A DNA stretch of 31,120 bases, taken from positions 42,440 to 73,559 of the forward strand of contig CAZQBY010000004.1 in NCBI GenBank assembly GCA_964592405.1, written 5' to 3'. Made by a program: the position numbers and the translations under genes. The notes under the pieces are model-generated. The model made no database searches. It was not told where the DNA came from and saw nothing but the letters and a program-made list of their open reading frames with translations. The DNA comes from an uncultured archaeon. GTDB lineage: Archaea; Altiarchaeota; Altiarchaeia; JAFGQM01. Positions 27,341-31,120 of this stretch are shown piece by piece; position 1 is the first letter of the stretch; every line of letters begins with the position of its first letter.

Positions 27341-27931
27341 TTACCTCTCTCCGAGATATACCAAAATCTCTGAATACTGCTCCTGACTTATAAACCCCAT
27401 ATCAAGCATGTGGGACAGGAGATCCTTTAGTGTAACCAGCCTGTGGAGCGTTACGCCATTCTTCATCATTAGCTCTTCTCCCCCCTGTTCACGATCCAGC
27501 ACAATAACCAGATCCTCCACCTTGGCCACCTCTCTAACAGGTTTGATGAATTCCAGTTTGCTGGTTCCCCGAGTCATCAGATCATCCACAAGCACAAGTC
27601 TGTCGCCTTCCCTGAGCACGCCCTCAATTCGCGAGCATGTACCATGGGCCTTTGGCTTTTTGCGGATATAGACCATTGGTTTCTTGAGCTTCAATGCAAT
27701 GGCCGTTGCGAGCGGTATGCCTGCTGTTTCTATCCCTGCGATGACATCAGCTTCTGTCTTCTTCACAGCCTCAGCCATGGCATCTGTCACTGTATCAAAG
27801 GAGTCTGGATAAGATGGCAACACCCGCAGGTCCACATAAATAGGGCTAACCTCCCCACTCACAAGTGTGAACTCCCCGAAGCGCACCACATTTGCCTTGG
27901 CCAGCGCCTCCAGAACCTTGTTCTTGTCCAC
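27341..27931 (-). CDS. pyrE: Orotate phosphoribosyltransferase
   Basis: FGEFTL.SG..SP.YVDLR, RKKPK.HG, LVDDL.T.G.S, LDREQGG. GTG start. Confidence 0.92.
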   Translation of the reverse strand: MDKNKVLEALAKANVVRFGEFTLVSGEVSPIYVDLRVLPSYPDSFDTVTDAMAEAVKKTEADVIAGIETAGIPLATAIALKLKKPMVYIRKKPKAHGTCSRIEGVLREGDRLVLVDDLMTRGTSKLEFIKPVREVAKVEDLVIVLDREQGGEELMMKNGVTLHRLVTLKDLLSHMLDMGFISQEQYSEILVYLGER

Positions 27932-28167
27932 TTTTTTGACCCCCGTATATTAGAAACTATGGTTATTAAATCTTGGAAATCTTGGTAATCACCAATCCAA
28001 AAGCCACTCCGAGGGATTTCCTCCCAACTTCCCGACAGGAGTTTCGGGCTTTCCATCTCCCCCCAGTCTCCCTCTCTATGTACTCCAGCTTTACATGGCC
28101 TTCCGGAACAGGTCTCGGTTTTCCCGGCATATCCAATTTTAACCATCAACACACAAAAATATGCGAA

Positions 28168-29010
28168 ATGCTGACCAAGCGCATAATCCCGTGCCTGGAC
28201 TGTGACTTGTCTGTGCCGCAGGGCAGGGTCGTCAAGGGGGTCAAATTCAAGAAGATTCGCTATGCGGGCGACCCGGTGGAGCGGGCTGAGTTCTATTACA
28301 AAGAAGGTGCGGACGAGATAGTCTTCCTGGACATCACCGCCTCCTCCGACCGGCGCGAGACGATGTGGGGTGTGTTGGAAAGGACCACGGAGAATGTTTT
28401 CATACCAGTGACCATTGGCGGCGGCATACGCACAATCGAAGATATCCAGAAAGCGCTTAGGTCCGGGGCAGACAAGGTTTCGATGAACACTGCTGCCGTG
28501 GAGAACCCCAAGCTCATAAAGGAGGGCTCCCGCAGGTTCGGCGAGCAGTGTATAGTCGTTGCGATAGATGCTAAAAGGAGCGGCGACAGTCCCTCGTTGA
28601 CGGTCTCCATCCCCCGGAGGACCGAAGACCGAAGACCGAAGACCGAAGACGACCAAGTCCCCTCATGGTCTGTCTGGACATATGGAGGACGGAAAAACAC
28701 AGGCATGGATGCTGTAAAATGGGCAGAGAAGGTGCAGGAACTGGGCGCTGGGGAGATTCTGCTGACATCTATGGATGCAGATGGAATGAAAACCGGCTAT
28801 GATCTGGAACTTACCCGGACGATCTCGGAGGCAGTCTCCATTCCAGTCATTGCTTCCGGTGGGGCCGGAGAGCCGAAGCATCTGCTGGATGCCTTCAAAA
28901 AAGGGAAGGCTGATGCTGCTCTTGCAGCTTCAATATTCCACTTTGGAGAATACCATATCAGGGATGTCAAGGAATATCTGCGGAGAAATGGGGTGCCCGT
29001 AAGGCTCTAG
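28168..29010 (+). CDS. hisF: Imidazole glycerol phosphate synthase cyclase subunit
   Basis: [63 protein letters not shown]. Real start at ATG 28168. Confidence 0.96.
   Translation: MLTKRIIPCLDCDLSVPQGRVVKGVKFKKIRYAGDPVERAEFYYKEGADEIVFLDITASSDRRETMWGVLERTTENVFIPVTIGGGIRTIEDIQKALRSGADKVSMNTAAVENPKLIKEGSRRFGEQCIVVAIDAKRSGDSPSLTVSIPRRTEDRRPKTEDDQVPSWSVWTYGGRKNTGMDAVKWAEKVQELGAGEILLTSMDADGMKTGYDLELTRTISEAVSIPVIASGGAGEPKHLLDAFKKGKADAALAASIFHFGEYHIRDVKEYLRRNGVPVRL
28620..28650. repeat. Heptamer tandem repeat (GACCGAA)x4.4 inside hisF
   Basis: GACCGAA at 28620, 28627, 28634 and 28641, plus GAC. Encodes the [11 protein letters not shown] segment. Confidence 0.92.
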
Positions 29011-29045
29011 CAGAGGATTTTTAACCAGTTGTTCCATTAATGTAA

Positions 29046-29546
29046 ATGATTCAGCAAAAGCAACAATTGGGTAAATGTAAATCAGCGCCCCGGGTAACAG
29101 AGTCTCGGATAAATCTCCGCAGGTTTAGAGATTCTGATGCCAAGGCAGTCGCCGATCTGAGCAACGCCAATTCCCAGTTTTTCCAGTATCCTTCTGTCAC
29201 ACCGGACTTTATTGTGCGCATCTCCCGAGATCCAAAGTATGACATGTTTGTATTGGAAGATGACAGCAGGATAGTCGGTTTCTGCGGAATAAACCATGCC
29301 TCCTGGCCTCTAGCAGAGATGGGACCCCTGTGTGTCCGTGCAGACTACCGGAGACAAGGATTTGGCAGGATTCTTGTTCAGAGGATTATAGAATTTGCAA
29401 GGAGGCTCAACAATCTGGGCATCATTATTAAGGTAAGACCATCTAATATAGGTGCACAAAGATTCTTTAGGGCATTAGGATTTGAGAAGTCTCACAAGGA
29501 AATGGTCCACGGGGAACTTGCCATAGTAATGAAATATGAACTATGA
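29046..29546 (+). CDS. GNAT-family N-acetyltransferase
   Basis: IVGF, LCVRADYRRQGFGR (acetyl-CoA motif A), N.GAQRFF..LGF. Confidence 0.88.
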   Translation: MIQQKQQLGKCKSAPRVTESRINLRRFRDSDAKAVADLSNANSQFFQYPSVTPDFIVRISRDPKYDMFVLEDDSRIVGFCGINHASWPLAEMGPLCVRADYRRQGFGRILVQRIIEFARRLNNLGIIIKVRPSNIGAQRFFRALGFEKSHKEMVHGELAIVMKYEL

Positions 29547-29914
29547 ATTGGAGTGAGCTGAGGAAAAGGAAGATTGGAGGCAAGGAGCTGGTAATAGCCA
29601 TAGTCCAAGATGCCCAGACAAAGAAGGTCCTGATGACTGCCTTTCAGGACAGACAGGCCTTTGAAAAGACGCAGGAGACTGGTGAGATGCATTTTTATTC
29701 AACCTCCAAGAAGAGGCTCTGGAAGAAGGGCGAGATCTCCGGCAACATTATGAGGGTGAGGGAAATCCGCGTTGACTGTGATGGTGATGCCCTGCTTTAT
29801 CTTGTGGATTGTAAGGGGGGAGCATGTCATGAGGGATACAGGTCCTGCTTTTACAGGACAGTCAGCGGGGAGATAATTGAGAAAAAAATTTTTGACCCAC
29901 AGGATATCTACTGA
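29543..29914 (+). CDS. hisI: Phosphoribosyl-AMP cyclohydrolase
   Basis: AIVQD..VLM, LWKKGE.SGN, DCDGDALL, ACHEGYRSCFY. Confidence 0.95.
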   Translation: MNWSELRKRKIGGKELVIAIVQDAQTKKVLMTAFQDRQAFEKTQETGEMHFYSTSKKRLWKKGEISGNIMRVREIRVDCDGDALLYLVDCKGGACHEGYRSCFYRTVSGEIIEKKIFDPQDIY

Positions 29915-30981
29915 CCAACTGCCTTCTGCAGATCGTCCAGCGTCAATATACCATAGAGAATACCTCTCTTGTCAAGAACAAAGGCATAACCTTCAATATA
30001 GACCTTGGCCAGTTGCTCACTCCCCTTCTCACCGAGCTTTATGGAGGGGAATCTCGTTTCCATGATATCTCTTATTTTCCCTATCCCTCTCCGTAGTTTG
30101 CCCAACCTTACAAACCCTAGGGGCTTTCCACTACTCTCCAAGACCGGATACAATGTCTGTCCGGGAACCCTTATCTTTAGCAGATCCCGGGTGTCAAGCT
30201 CCGGCGAGACTGCAACGAAGTCTCTACGGATTATGCTCTTCAAGTCCACATCCTTCAGCATGTTGTCCAGCTCTGCAAGCCTCAGCTCAGACAAACCGGC
30301 TATGAACAAAAAGATTCCTATAAGCACAAGCCACAAGCTGCCTGCCATTATTGCAAAGAATATAAACACGGCCAGAAACCCCTGACCTATCCTCACGGCT
30401 AGTCTGGTTGCCCTTATCCTGTTGGTCACCATGGCCAACATGGATCGCAGGACCCTTCCCCCATCCATGGGGAATATGGGGAGGAAAAGGTTGAAAGCAC
30501 CAAGGACAAGGTTAAGGTAGGCCACCAGAACTGTAAAATTGAACACTGAGGGCTGCTCCAGCACATCTCCCGAGATTACTGCCCTGCCAACGGCTTCCGG
30601 TCCGGTTATAGCTACCAGAACAAACAACAGGAAAAAACCTATTGCCAGACTGGCCAGCGGCCCGGACACACTTACCTTGAGCTCTTTGATGGGGTTCTTT
30701 ATCATACCAAGACTGGCAATTCCCCCAAGAGGCCACAGGGTTATCTGCCTGACCTTGATCCTGTTCCTTTTTGCCACAAGGGAATGGGACAGCTCATGCA
30801 CAAGAACAGAGGAGAACAGCACAAGGAGGAAGAGGGACGTGTAGGTGAAGTGGAAAACCCCCTCTCCAATGCTATCATATCCAACCAGTTCTGTCAGCGG
30901 GAAGACAAAGAGTATGAGCAGTGTGATATGTAACCTGACCTCTATCCCCTTGAGGGTAAACAGTTTGTAGGAGCTTTTCAT
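29908..30981 (-). CDS. Site-2 protease (peptidase M50) with degenerate C-terminal CBS pair
   Basis: HELSH, LWPLGG, SGPLAS, FNLFLPIFPMDGGR, C-terminal GILTLDDL. Confidence 0.92.
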   Translation of the reverse strand: MKSSYKLFTLKGIEVRLHITLLILFVFPLTELVGYDSIGEGVFHFTYTSLFLLVLFSSVLVHELSHSLVAKRNRIKVRQITLWPLGGIASLGMIKNPIKELKVSVSGPLASLAIGFFLLFVLVAITGPEAVGRAVISGDVLEQPSVFNFTVLVAYLNLVLGAFNLFLPIFPMDGGRVLRSMLAMVTNRIRATRLAVRIGQGFLAVFIFFAIMAGSLWLVLIGIFLFIAGLSELRLAELDNMLKDVDLKSIIRRDFVAVSPELDTRDLLKIRVPGQTLYPVLESSGKPLGFVRLGKLRRGIGKIRDIMETRFPSIKLGEKGSEQLAKVYIEGYAFVLDKRGILYGILTLDDLQKAVGQ

Positions 30982-31033
30982 AATCTGCCTCTGTTCATAA
31001 TCTTTCTGGTATTTTCCGGGATGGGAATAAAAC

Positions 31034-31120
31034 TCAGGATATTAACAAGCTGACGAGCATCAGCACAAAACCAGAAACTCCATCCCCGGGTTCATCCTCC
31101 TCCATTTCGTTCACAACAAA
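31034..31120 (-). CDS. Possible 3' end of a gene entering from beyond the window
   Basis: Open frame FVVNEMEEDEPGDGVSGFVLMLVSLLIS* ending in a hydrophobic tail. Only 28 codons are visible. Confidence 0.35.
   Translation of the reverse strand, partial: FVVNEMEEDEPGDGVSGFVLMLVSLLIS

Noticed and set aside
27973-28167. 65-aa N-terminal extension of HisF in the ORF track
   Set aside because: HisF homology begins at [11 protein letters not shown] (ATG 28168). The upstream TTG start is unsupported.
27859-28656. 265-aa minus-strand ORF
   Set aside because: Antisense shadow of GC-rich hisF with no independent motifs.
31086-31095. CCCGGGTTCA matching the tRNA T-arm as a possible attR
   Set aside because: Only 10 bp, and the intervening DNA is housekeeping genes. 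Likely chance.

Overview
Archaeal chromosomal segment. The lineage is uncertain: the pilin N-termini and CGDG-C motif look DPANN-like, and the Thr/Arg/His/Pyr and MptA genes would fit an Altiarchaeota-like organism, but this is inference. 0.1-5.8 kb: a type IV pilus-like operon with a large TadC/ArlJ-like platform protein and six tandem class III signal-peptide proteins. 5.9-16.6 kb: a membrane coiled-coil/Zn-finger protein and housekeeping genes (UPF0201, glyS, glmU-like, nfi, COG1325, CmpX-like, rfcL, apgM, thrC). 16.7-19.4 kb: tRNA-Glu(TTC) with a 97-nt BHB intron, followed by a small integrase-less accessory patch holding a hairpin-rich spacer, two toxin-antitoxin pairs and a 156-bp duplication of a SagB-type gene 5' end. 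19.2-31.1 kb: SagB-type dehydrogenase, lemA-htpX, isochorismatase-like hydrolase, DNA ligase, DUF4139, mptA, argC, pyrE, hisF, GNAT, hisI and a site-2 protease. Sequence-level oddities include a conserved TTTTTA-N11-CTTAAYCTAAC promoter motif, GGGGGYTACAC motifs at the toxin-antitoxin boundaries, many short tandem duplications, a heptamer repeat inside hisF, and sharp high-GC3 patches inside genes. All counts are by hand and all family calls come from motif recognition, not database searches.
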